This document shows positions 9,868 through 19,600 of a DNA stretch of 64,000 nucleotides, in pieces (the stretch's first letter is position 1; every line of letters starts with the position of its first letter). The position numbers and the translations under genes are program-made. The DNA lies in contig CBDESU010000001.1 in the NCBI GenBank assembly GCA_965242695.1, forward strand, positions 1,056,001 through 1,120,000. Reading direction: 5' to 3'. The stretch comes from Cenarchaeum sp. (GTDB taxonomy: Archaea > Thermoproteota > Nitrososphaeria > Nitrososphaerales > Nitrosopumilaceae). The notes under the pieces were generated by a model. The model saw only the letters and a program-made list of their open reading frames with translations, was not told where the DNA came from and searched no databases.

Positions 9868-12000
9868 CTACGTCCTGGCATGTTTGGTGTCAGACTTCGG
9901 CTTTTCAGGTGACGGGACAAAGATGCCGAGTCCAAAGTGGGAGTTGTTGCCGAGTAAGAGAGGGCCCTTGAAGGATGCCCCGAATGAGATTTTCACTCGG
10001 CTAGCGGCGCCGTGCGGTCTCGCCTTGCCGGGCCGCGCGGCATCAAAAGTGCGGGCCGGCATGCGGCGCGATCCTGCCCGTATCACTGCACCCGCCTCGT
10101 GTTCTATGCGTACTGCATTCCTGTAGTGGTGGTTTTCATCCAGCTCCTTTTCTATCTGCTCTGGCACGCCAAAGTTCTTTTTTGCGTGCCGCGACGTATA
10201 GTACGGCGTGGCAGTCGTCCAGATCTTGCTTTCCTTGAACAGGATACACCTCTTGCCCATGTCCGCTGCCCCGTAGAAGCCGTCAAACCGTATGCGGGCA
10301 ACGGACGTATGCCGGTCGCGGACATCTGTTGTGGCCTGAAACGCGCGCCTTGTCGATGGTTCAAGTCCATATTTTGCATACACCGCGATGTGGTCTATCA
10401 GCCCGTCGCCGTCGTTGTCGACAGGCAGCCAGAACGCGTGGGAGTGCCCCGTGCGAAGGGGCCTGCCCGCATCGTCGTGCCCCGACAGCGACTGGGGCAG
10501 GCGGCCACCCCTGTACAGGCGACCCGCCTGTGACATGACCGCGGCCCTCACCGCTCCCGCAACCTTTACCGTCCTTTCAACCGGCGGGCGCTTACCGACC
10601 ACCTCGTAATATGCAACTTCGGGCAGCAGTGCAGGTGCCAGCAGGCCGTTACCACGCCTCGTGCCGGAACCTAGCAGCAGTGGGCCTGACACGGGGGCTC
10701 TGAACTCGATCTCTGCGTACCACAGGTTCGAGTCGTGGCCGATTTTCTCTAGGCCATCCCAGTCAGGGATCTTGTCCAGCCTTATCGACATGACAGAGTT
10801 CTTCAAGCCCCTGTCGGCAAGTTCGTCCAGTATGGACTTAGCCGCACTGCGCTTGTCGCCCGCCGAGCCGTCCGCATCCCCAGGATCAAGCGGCGTGGTC
10901 GAGCGCCACACGGTCGACCTGCGCACGTACCTCCTGGCCACACTGTCGTTATCAGGAGAAGGAACTAGCTGGAACCGGATCCCGCCAGCCTCGACAAACT
11001 TCGAGTTGATGCGGGCCAGAAGGCGATCCCGTTCAGGGACGCCCATTGACGGGGGAATTATCACTCCTACTCGCCTGACCATCGCATCAGAGTTCTGGTG
11101 TCCTATGCTGGGCATGGCCACGATCGAAGCGCAACCCAGTTTAGGGCCACACATGTCGTGCAGCCTGGCGGCCAGATCTGCAACCGCAGTGCGCGGGACA
11201 AAGCGCCTCGACTCAGTGTCGCTCAGCATGAACGTCACGAGCTTGGCCCTCGGCGCACCGCCCTTCCTGTACCCCCAGCTAGCTTGGTGCGTAATTGGCC
11301 CTGGCTTTACAAACCCCTTGGCGGTGACCTGCTCGAGAAACTCGGCATGCCTCCTTTTTGCATCGCCAAGCATGCCAGCGAGCGGTACATCAATCTTTAG
11401 TTCCGCTTGGCCGGTACCGCCACCGCCACCACCGTCGTTTGGCAGGTACTCCTGCGCCCCGGCAAGCGGTGACAGGGTGTCGGCCAGCATGCCGTTTACC
11501 GCCACGGGATCTATCCCCAGTCCCAGTACCGGCACCTCGCGCGCCAGGTTGCACAGCAGACGAGCCGCCGCGCGGCTGTCCCCACCATCGTCGGGAGCCA
11601 GCGTCCAGGAGTATCTCACTGTGCTTGCAATGTACGGCGCCATTTTCTTGGAGGTGGTGTACGCCCTCGGGTCCCGCGTGGACACGCCTTGCTTTGCATA
11701 GTCCTTTGATATCACATCCATGTCGTTGTTGGGCACGAAGATTATGTACTCTTTTCCCTTCGCCCCTCGAGCCTCGATCCGCGGCGGCCTTTGTCGCTCT
11801 AGGTATTCAAGCGCCCGATCGGCCTCGGCAACGTTGAACCGGCCTGACGGGCTCTGGTAGAGTGCCGCGACAAGCGCGAGAAAGAGCCGGCGTGGCGACG
11901 GAGGCCACTCCGCGCCATGGTACCGCTCAAGGAGAAAGCGGACGTCAATGACGAGGCGTGCCCCGTCTCCGGCCGGCAGTTCCTGCTGTTGTGACGGCAC
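9868..12000 (-). CDS. csb2: Type I-G Csb2 (Cas5/Cas6 fusion), long form of about 710 aa with two Cas6-like C-terminal domains
   Basis: N-terminal YHGAEWPPSPRRLFLALVAA and YIIFVPNND; two W.(S/T).TP ... GPLLLG....G.G motif sets. GTG start at 12000 inferred from the csb1 stop at 12032. Confidence 0.88.
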   Translation of the reverse strand: MPSQQQELPAGDGARLVIDVRFLLERYHGAEWPPSPRRLFLALVAALYQSPSGRFNVAEADRALEYLERQRPPRIEARGAKGKEYIIFVPNNDMDVISKDYAKQGVSTRDPRAYTTSKKMAPYIASTVRYSWTLAPDDGGDSRAAARLLCNLAREVPVLGLGIDPVAVNGMLADTLSPLAGAQEYLPNDGGGGGGTGQAELKIDVPLAGMLGDAKRRHAEFLEQVTAKGFVKPGPITHQASWGYRKGGAPRAKLVTFMLSDTESRRFVPRTAVADLAARLHDMCGPKLGCASIVAMPSIGHQNSDAMVRRVGVIIPPSMGVPERDRLLARINSKFVEAGGIRFQLVPSPDNDSVARRYVRRSTVWRSTTPLDPGDADGSAGDKRSAAKSILDELADRGLKNSVMSIRLDKIPDWDGLEKIGHDSNLWYAEIEFRAPVSGPLLLGSGTRRGNGLLAPALLPEVAYYEVVGKRPPVERTVKVAGAVRAAVMSQAGRLYRGGRLPQSLSGHDDAGRPLRTGHSHAFWLPVDNDGDGLIDHIAVYAKYGLEPSTRRAFQATTDVRDRHTSVARIRFDGFYGAADMGKRCILFKESKIWTTATPYYTSRHAKKNFGVPEQIEKELDENHHYRNAVRIEHEAGAVIRAGSRRMPARTFDAARPGKARPHGAASRVKISFGASFKGPLLLGNNSHFGLGIFVPSPEKPKSDTKHART

Positions 12001-12031
12001 TTCTAGCGACAATAGACTTCGCACCCGCCGG

Positions 12032-13078
12032 CTACTTTTTCTTCTTGGGCTTGCTCTTGGAGTCTTCAAGCTCCTTCTTCGCGCTCGCCAGCTGGAATGT
12101 CGCATCATCTCCTTCGCCCACGCCGAACGACTTGGCCGCGGCCTCTGCAAATGCCACTGCCTCGTCAGGATCAAGCGATACGGCATCCCTTCGACCGTCA
12201 GGATGGACGGCTTCCCACGACGGAATCCCCTTTTCCGAGTCCCTAGTAAGGTTGCAACCCTGGCGAAGATACAAATCGGTGGCCTTCGTCGCAGCCACCA
12301 GCGCAAGTCCCAGTATATACTTGCGGAGGGAGGAGGCGTCGATGCTACTCGACAGCCTGCGCAGCGCGACCAAGTTCACCACCACATCCCTGCGGATGCC
12401 GCCCCTTGCGATGACTCCCCCCGGCTGCCCTGTAGCAGGCGCCTCATTGAATCCATACTCTGACCTCGTGTCGTTCTCGGCAGTGTTAGTGATTTCCCCC
12501 AGCAGATCATCCTTCCTGTAGTCGACAGGCGGGAAGTACTGCGCCGAACGGCTCAGCTCGTCTATGTCGTACGCCCTGATCACGGACGAGATGATCCTCG
12601 GCGCCTTTACCTGCGTGTTGCGCGAGTCCCAGACCCCGAACAGCAGCGATGTCGGGGCCACCTTGGCAAGGGCGCCAGCATCGCCCGATGTCTTGTAGGA
12701 CTGTAGCGCCTCGCGGATGCGTCCGTACACATCCGAGTGCCTCAGCAGTGCATCACCCGCCCTGTGCCCAACCTCGCACAGGTTCACCTTTTGCTGGCCT
12801 GCTGTGATCGTAATCTGTGGTATAAGTCCTCTGTAGCGTCCCTCCATGAACAGCGGCTCCATGCGGTTTGCCTGCGACCCGACGCTGTCAACGAGGCACA
12901 TCTTAGTCCCGTCCTGCAGCGTGTCTATGCAGTACGAGCTCCCGTCGGATCCCGTCCCGGCATACGTGGGCGGGAAGAACGGCTCGCCGGCGCCCTCCAC
13001 CGGCACCAGATGCTCCCTCATCACCAAGGCCGACGGGCCACCCTCGACCCACGCCCCGGCATCCTCGGACAGCCCCAT
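12032..13078 (-). CDS. csb1: Type I-G Cas7 backbone protein (Csb1)
   Basis: FFPPTYA, LVDSVGSQANRMEP, HRAGDA, PTSLLFGVWDS and LRQGCNL. ATG start at 13078 chosen; the ORF extends to 13096. Confidence 0.92.
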   Translation of the reverse strand: MGLSEDAGAWVEGGPSALVMREHLVPVEGAGEPFFPPTYAGTGSDGSSYCIDTLQDGTKMCLVDSVGSQANRMEPLFMEGRYRGLIPQITITAGQQKVNLCEVGHRAGDALLRHSDVYGRIREALQSYKTSGDAGALAKVAPTSLLFGVWDSRNTQVKAPRIISSVIRAYDIDELSRSAQYFPPVDYRKDDLLGEITNTAENDTRSEYGFNEAPATGQPGGVIARGGIRRDVVVNLVALRRLSSSIDASSLRKYILGLALVAATKATDLYLRQGCNLTRDSEKGIPSWEAVHPDGRRDAVSLDPDEAVAFAEAAAKSFGVGEGDDATFQLASAKKELEDSKSKPKKKK

Positions 13079-13079
13079 G

Positions 13080-13817
13080 TCAAACCGGCGCCTCACGGGA
13101 CATATTAAAGGCTTTGTTGGCGCCGCTCCGCCCCGTCCAGAACTCGAACTTCCGGTGGGCTAGGCGCCCAATCGCCCCACTTGCGACGGCGGCCGCAACC
13201 GTCATGGGTAGAGGCTCGCCCCATGTGTAGTAGGCATAGTGGCCCCGCTCGACCTCCCTCCAAGAGTACGACTGCACCCCCACATGGGCAAAGAACTCTA
13301 CAAGTGGGTACGTCCGCATTTCCTTCATCCCCTGCTCGTTGAGGCTAAAGCCGACATCCTGCGCAGTCCATCGCGTGGCGGCATCGATGCCGGACGGGAG
13401 GCTGACCGTCGAAAAATCCGTCCATGTGGACAGCCCGCCCCCCCTCTGACAGTACGCGTTCAAGAGGCGCGCCCACCGCTCCACCAGAGGCTTCGACCTG
13501 ATCTGCCCCGCGAACAGCTTGATTGTCGGCCTGTCGTCAAAGTGGTTCCAAAAGTCCAGCCGCAAACGGACGTCGTCGATGGTCACGGGCGAGTCCGCAT
13601 CGTCGGTCTCTGCTCTGACCGAGCCCGAGCAGTCCTTGAGTCTGCGTATCACGGAGATTGCCGGGTCGGGTTCGGCCGCGCGCAGGACAAACCGATCCCC
13701 ATCAAAGTGCCCCACGGCATCCCCGAGCAGATGGTCGGCGCAGTACAGTATGCCGCAGCATGCAAAGAACTGTCCGGGATTGCGCAGGTCTGTCGCAATA
13801 GTGGATGAGGCTGTCAT
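13080..13817 (-). CDS. cas8g: Type I-G large subunit, short Cas8g (Csb3/Cas8u1-like), 245 aa
   Basis: NPGQFFACCG N-terminal motif, YPLVEFFAHVG; located between cas3 and csb1 with ATGA coupling to cas3. Confidence 0.8.
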   Translation of the reverse strand: MTASSTIATDLRNPGQFFACCGILYCADHLLGDAVGHFDGDRFVLRAAEPDPAISVIRRLKDCSGSVRAETDDADSPVTIDDVRLRLDFWNHFDDRPTIKLFAGQIRSKPLVERWARLLNAYCQRGGGLSTWTDFSTVSLPSGIDAATRWTAQDVGFSLNEQGMKEMRTYPLVEFFAHVGVQSYSWREVERGHYAYYTWGEPLPMTVAAAVASGAIGRLAHRKFEFWTGRSGANKAFNMSREAPV

Positions 13818-16420
13818 TGGTCGCCGGCCCCCTGCTTCTCCGATGCCTGCCAGTCGGCCCCGCGCAGCAGTCCCTCAAGCCAGGCAAGGCCCCACGCGCC
13901 GAACTTCTTTTGCAACGAGGCATACCTCCCCATTACAAGTAGGTGCTCGCTGTCGGCCGCGTCGATCGTTGCATTGGAGTTGAAGCAGGGGCGCGCCCAG
14001 CCGTGGTGCGCGGCGATCAAGTGCAGTACAAGATCCTTCTCCGGATGCCCGTCGAGTGAACCTGCAATCCTTCGGATGGACTCGAATTCGTGCCTGAACC
14101 CGCCCAAACTCAGGGGGCGCCTGCGCGAGGCAGTCTTTGCAAGCGGATCGTTTGCGTTGCCATGCATGCATTCCTGCCAGTGGGGGTGCGACTTGCCCAG
14201 GTCGTGGTATTCCGCCGCCGTGACTATGGCATCGGCCAGGTTGCCGTCTAGCCCCAGGTTGGAGACGATTGATTTAGCCGCCGCCTTGACATCCGCGTGG
14301 TGATCGCCAAGCCGCCGCTCGCTGGACGATGCGGAGTGCTGTCCAGCGGACCTTGCCACATAGTAGCGCAGCTCCTTGCTGGGCGCATCGTAGTCCATCT
14401 CGTCCGCGGAGCTTGTCACTACTGCCGCCGACATCTTCATGTCCGGGTGATTTGCCAGCCACTTTCCCAAGTCGTCCCCGTCGTCAAAGCCGTCTTGATC
14501 ACCGTCCAGCGTGACGCTGCCGTCGCCCCAAACCGCCACTTCGACCCTCATGCGGTTCCTATACTGGTCGTCGTCGGCCACATCGGGTACGCGGCGGTTC
14601 GAGTGTGCTAGCATCCCATCCTCGTTCAGCCCCCCCGCTTCGCAAGGCAACAGGAGTGTGGAGTAGTAGAGGTCGTCGTCGGCGATCTCGCCGATCGTCT
14701 TTACGCGTACAGTGCCGTCCCGCCGTCGAATTATGGCCTTTAGGCCGGAATGCTGGGCGGTGATTTTTTCCAGTATTTTTCTCACGTTCGGCGTCAAGTC
14801 ACGGGCCATTTCATGTGGAAGGAGTGGGTAGAGGTCTAGGACATCCTCTATCACACCCTCGTCCTGGCGGGCCAGTGCCCCCGCATCGCGCCTCCATGCC
14901 ACGTGTGTTTCGGGAACCTGATGCTTGTCGTGGCCGCGCAGCCAGTGATGGACTGCGGGCCGGGCAGGAAGCTCGGCAAGCGAAGTCATGGACCACATGT
15001 CGACGATGTCCGGCGTCAGCGGCTGCGTGTCGGGCACAGGAGATAGCATGTCGGATGTAGCCTGCGCGTCCAGTATGGGCGACAGGTTGCGCGGGCTTGC
15101 ATTGAAAGGCCCATCTGCGACGAGGCGCTTGAGCAGTCCCAAGGACGCGCAGAGGCGCTTCGACGCCCCCTTGTTCTTTTTAATGGCGTCATCCGAGTAT
15201 ACCACTACCGCCCTTGACGATCTGCCTCCGCTGCGGTTTACCCTCCCAAGCCGCTGAACAAGCGAGTCGATGGTAGAAATGTCGGACACCATGTCGTCGG
15301 CGTCAAGATCTGCTCCTACCTCCCCCGCAGATGTAGATACGAGGTAGCGCTGAACTCTGCCACCATCGGAAGCAGGCTTTGTAAACATGGCGAAGACGCT
15401 GGCGGGCGAGGCAGACTCCGCATCTAGAGAGGGGTCCCGTGTTGAGTGTTTTGGTGGTCGTGATGCCCCCGAGTCCGTATCTTTTGCAATGCCGCCGCTC
15501 GTCAGTGTGTCCCTCTCAAATCCGCGCAGTGTGCCAGTAAGGGTAGCTACTTTCATGCCCGCATCACGGAGTTTCTGTGCAATTGCAAGAGCCATGGATG
15601 GTTTCTGTACGTATACGAGCGTCTTGCCCGTCATTTTGAGTGCCTCTGTTGCGATTGCATCCAGCAAATTGGAGTCCCCCGCATCGACCAGCTCGAGGGT
15701 TTTTTTTGCATCATAGCGGTCGCATACTGCTTTGTGTTTCAGATCACTTTCGTCCAAGGATAAAACATTTTCTTTTTCATCGGTGTGGATTGTTGCAGAC
15801 ATTAAAAGGACTCGAGGGGGATAGATTTTCGTAGGTACAGAACCGGAGATCTTTTGTAAGTCTAAAAGGGAGCGTTTAAGTGCGGGGGACAGGTGTGTTT
15901 CGTCGAGTATGATCAGCGAGTCCTGTCCCATGAGTCCTGCATAGAACGGGCGGATTTTGCCCCCAAGTCCATAGCCTGAAAAGAGCAGCCGGCTACCAAC
16001 CATGTCAACAGTCCCTATCACTATAGACGGTTTGTCGGGATGTCGCATCCAGTCACGGCTGTCGGCCAAACCACCTCCTCCGCGAAATGTGCTGATGTAG
16101 GGAGTCAGTGCGAGGGAGTCAGAACCATTTATGTCATCAATGCGGTGCTTAATCTTGACTAGCATCTCGGATGCCTGATCCACAATGACCCTCCGATCTA
16201 CTATGTAAAGCAATCGACGCGGAACACGGACCGCGTGGCCCGACGATGACGTGTGTGAGAGCGCAATAAGCCATATGAGGATGACGGACGTCTTACCCAA
16301 TCCCGTTGGAATGTCAAGGACATCGGGCACATCACCCGTAATCAACCTAGAGTATAGACGATCTTGCCACGGGTACGGCTGATGGCCAGTTATGCGACAG
16401 AACGCCTCTTTAAAGTCCAC
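13814..16420 (-). CDS. cas3: Type I-G Cas3 helicase with C-terminal HD nuclease
   Basis: PYPWQ, PTGLGKT, VDRRVIVDQ, DETH, SAT, QRLGRVNR; C-terminal HDLGK...FRHE...AHHGWARP. Confidence 0.96.
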   Translation of the reverse strand: MDFKEAFCRITGHQPYPWQDRLYSRLITGDVPDVLDIPTGLGKTSVILIWLIALSHTSSSGHAVRVPRRLLYIVDRRVIVDQASEMLVKIKHRIDDINGSDSLALTPYISTFRGGGGLADSRDWMRHPDKPSIVIGTVDMVGSRLLFSGYGLGGKIRPFYAGLMGQDSLIILDETHLSPALKRSLLDLQKISGSVPTKIYPPRVLLMSATIHTDEKENVLSLDESDLKHKAVCDRYDAKKTLELVDAGDSNLLDAIATEALKMTGKTLVYVQKPSMALAIAQKLRDAGMKVATLTGTLRGFERDTLTSGGIAKDTDSGASRPPKHSTRDPSLDAESASPASVFAMFTKPASDGGRVQRYLVSTSAGEVGADLDADDMVSDISTIDSLVQRLGRVNRSGGRSSRAVVVYSDDAIKKNKGASKRLCASLGLLKRLVADGPFNASPRNLSPILDAQATSDMLSPVPDTQPLTPDIVDMWSMTSLAELPARPAVHHWLRGHDKHQVPETHVAWRRDAGALARQDEGVIEDVLDLYPLLPHEMARDLTPNVRKILEKITAQHSGLKAIIRRRDGTVRVKTIGEIADDDLYYSTLLLPCEAGGLNEDGMLAHSNRRVPDVADDDQYRNRMRVEVAVWGDGSVTLDGDQDGFDDGDDLGKWLANHPDMKMSAAVVTSSADEMDYDAPSKELRYYVARSAGQHSASSSERRLGDHHADVKAAAKSIVSNLGLDGNLADAIVTAAEYHDLGKSHPHWQECMHGNANDPLAKTASRRRPLSLGGFRHEFESIRRIAGSLDGHPEKDLVLHLIAAHHGWARPCFNSNATIDAADSEHLLVMGRYASLQKKFGAWGLAWLEGLLRGADWQASEKQGAGDQ

Positions 16421-16439
16421 GAAGCGCCCCGCACGGCGG

Positions 16440-16456
16440 ACTATAATAGTTTTAAC
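16440..16456 (-). promoter_or_regulatory. Putative archaeal TATA promoter of the cas3 operon
   Basis: AT-rich TTAAAACTATTATAG about 20-35 bp upstream of the cas3 GTG in very GC-rich DNA. Confidence 0.55.
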
Positions 16457-16550
16457 GCGGCTAGGCCATCTACGGACGCGACCTCAACAGGCCGCCGAGG
16501 GAGGGAGGATTGCCACTGTGCCGAGGTCGGCGCGGCCCGGCTCCAGCGGA

Positions 16551-16652
16551 CTGTGGATGGGGCCGCAACAGGGGGTTGCGGAGTACGTTCCGTGGCCAAC
16601 CAGATGCCGCACCATTGCTTCAATGGGGCCGCAGCATAGGAGCTGCTGAGTG
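16551..16652 (-). repeat. Two divergent trailer-end CRISPR repeats
   Basis: 16617-16652 GCTTCAATGGGGCCGCAGCATAGGAGCTGCTGAGTG and 16551-16585 CTGTGGATGGGGCCGCAACAGGGGGTTGCGGAGTA; hairpin retained with altered stem or loop. Confidence 0.8.
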
Positions 16653-16687
16653 GCGCTGCATGTGCAAGAGCAGGGGGCGCGCATAAC

Positions 16688-19600
16688 GCTTCAATGGGGC
16701 CGCAACTTGACAGTTGCGGAAGGCGTCTTGTGGGTCCACACGACCGGCGGCATCGCCATGCTTCAATGGGGCCGCAACTTGACAGTTGCGGAAGGGCTCG
16801 TCCGAGGCAGTCTCTTCAACCGTCAGCCTGCTTCAATGGGGCCGCAACTTGACAGTTGCGGAAGGCCTCAAGAGGAGTGCGACGACCCATGAGCGGCCGG
16901 CTTCAATGGGGCCGCAACTTGACAGTTGCGGAAGGGCCGCCTTGCTGTTTTCGGATTCGCTCCTCGTCGGCGCTTCAATGGGGCCGCAACTTGACAGTTG
17001 CTGAAGGCTTGCGCCTGCCGTCCTTGGCCCGCTTGCCGCCCCGGCTTCAATGGGGCCGCAACTTGACAGTTGCGGAAGGCTTGCGCCTGCCGTCCTTGGC
17101 CCGCTTGCCGCCCCGGCTTCAATGGGGCCGCAACTTGACAGTTGCGGAAGGCCCGCGCAAGCCCAAGCCCAAGCCCAAGCCCGCGCGGCTTCAATGGGGC
17201 CGCAACTTGACAGTTGCGGAAGGAGTCGTGCAGGCTGGCGGCAGTGGCGTCGGGGTCGCTTCAATGGGGCCGCAACTTGACAGTTGCGGAAGGCTCGACG
17301 GCGCTCGGCGCGCGGTACTCGTAGGCTGGCTTCAATGGGGCCGCAACTTGACAGTTGCAGAAGGCGTTGCCGCCATGCGCCGCCCCCTCAACGTGGCGTT
17401 GCTTCAATGGGGCCGCAACTTGACAGTTGCGGAAGGACCATATCATTTTCCTTAAACAAAAGATCATCCTCTAGCTTCAATGGGGCCGCAACTTGACAGT
17501 TGCGGAAGGCGACTACCCCAAGACGACCCTCAAGGCCAAGCCCTTGCTTCAATGGGGCCGCAACTTGACAGTTGCGGAAGGGATGGCCTCTTCAACGCCG
17601 ATTTTCAGCCCGTTAAGGCTTCAATGGGGCCGCAACTTGACAGTTGCGGAAGGCGCGTACAGGGACAAGCTGGCGCGCCGGCGCCGCCTGCTTCAATGGG
17701 GCCGCAACTTGACAGTTGCGGAAGGCGGAATCTACGCATGGCAGGCGGGCCAAGCCGGCAGCTTCAATGGGGCCGCAACTTGACAGTTGCGGAAGGACGG
17801 CAGCCGCCCTCCCGCCGGCGAACCCTGGCACGTGGCTTCAATGGGGCCGCAACTTGACAGTTGCGGAAGGGAGGCCGAGCAGCGCGAGTTCGACGAGGAC
17901 GAGGAGGAGCTTCAATGGGGCCGCAACTTGACAGTTGCGGAAGGTCGTACCCCATTGCCGGCGGGCGCAGACGGACCGGGCTTCAATGGGGCCGCAACTT
18001 GACAGTTGCGGAAGGCCCGCCATCACGCCCGCCCCCCACCGGGGGGGGTAATGCTTCAATGGGGCCGCAACTTGACAGTTGCGGAAGGAGTACATCCGCT
18101 TCCTGCACACCGTACACCGCATCCCGCTTCAATGGGGCCGCAACTTGACAGTTGCGGAAGGTCGCCCAGCAGCAGGGCGGCGAATATTGCGTGATATGGC
18201 TTCAATGGGGCCGCAACTTGACAGTTGCGGAAGGCGAGGGCCACGCCGACCCCGCCGCCGTCGCGGCATGGCTTCAATGGGGCCGCAACTTGACAGTTGC
18301 GGAAGGCCCCCAGGAGAAGATCCAGCGCCTAGAGGAGTATGCGCTTCAATGGGGCCGCAACTTGACAGTTGCGGAAGGACGGGGGCGGGGAAACAGGGGC
18401 GGCGGCGACAACGGCTTCAATGGGGCCGCAACTTGACAGTTGCGGAAGGCTCGCAAAGGCGGCTATCCAAGCCGAAATAGATCGGCTTCAATGGGGCCGC
18501 AACTTGACAGTTGCGGAAGGAGAAGAACGACGACAGCCGGAGCGATCCCTGATGATCGCTTCAATGGGGCCGCAACTTGACAGTTGCGGAAGGCAGGCCG
18601 TCCTCGGGCGCCGTCCACGACTTGTCGACGCTTCAATGGGGCCGCAACTTGACAGTTGCGGAAGGGTGACGGGCCCCTTGCTCATGCTCGCGATGGGACG
18701 GGCTTCAATGGGGCCGCAACTTGACAGTTGCGGAAGGCCGGGCCGCGCGCGGCATGCCCGACGAAGACCTGGTGCTTCAATGGGGCCGCAACTTGACAGT
18801 TGCGGAAGGTCGCAATCGGCACCGTATTCATATCCCGCACGTCGCTTCAATGGGGCCGCAACTTGACAGTTGCGGAAGGAGGAGCTCCGCCTCCTAGAGC
18901 GCTCCGACGAGGATCGGCTTCAATGGGGCCGCAACTTGACAGTTGCGGAAGGGTCGTCCTCGATCGACCTGGGCCCCGACCAGACCCGGCTTCAATGGGG
19001 CCGCAACTTGACAGTTGCGGAAGGCGTGATCTCGGACGACGAGGCCGCCCGCATCCTGGCGGCTTCAATGGGGCCGCAACTTGACAGTTGCGGAAGGGGC
19101 GGGGCTGACCAAGCCCAAGCCCGACCAGGCCGCGCTTCAATGGGGCCGCAACTTGACAGTTGCGGAAGGTTCTTCCTGGGCGGCGGCAGGGGCGGCTTGT
19201 CTTGCTTCAATGGGGCCGCAACTTGACAGTTGCGGAAGGGGCACCCGTGAGGCCCGTCTCGGTATGGAACTGATTGCTTCAATGGGGCCGCAACTTGACA
19301 GTTGCGGAAGGTCCTTTGCATGGAACGGCAGGTGCGCATCGACCAGCGGCTTCAATGGGGCCGCAACTTGACAGTTGCGGAAGGATCATGACCGAGCCGC
19401 GCGTGAACGCCAGGCGGTACGCTTCAATGGGGCCGCAACTTGACAGTTGCGGAAGGAATCTGGCTATTGCGCCAAGTAAAGGCCCCGACTGGGCTTCAAT
19501 GGGGCCGCAACTTGACAGTTGCGGAAGGTATCCCCCCTGCACGGCCGCCCATGCCCCGGGCTTCAATGGGGCCGCAACTTGACAGTTGCGGAAGGCCCAC

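Noticed and set aside
16586-16687. 7-nt matches of the two trailer spacers (GGTGCGG, TTATGCG) to the TPR promoter motif
   Set aside because: Too short, with seed mismatches or no TTN-type PAM; expected by chance in GC-rich DNA.
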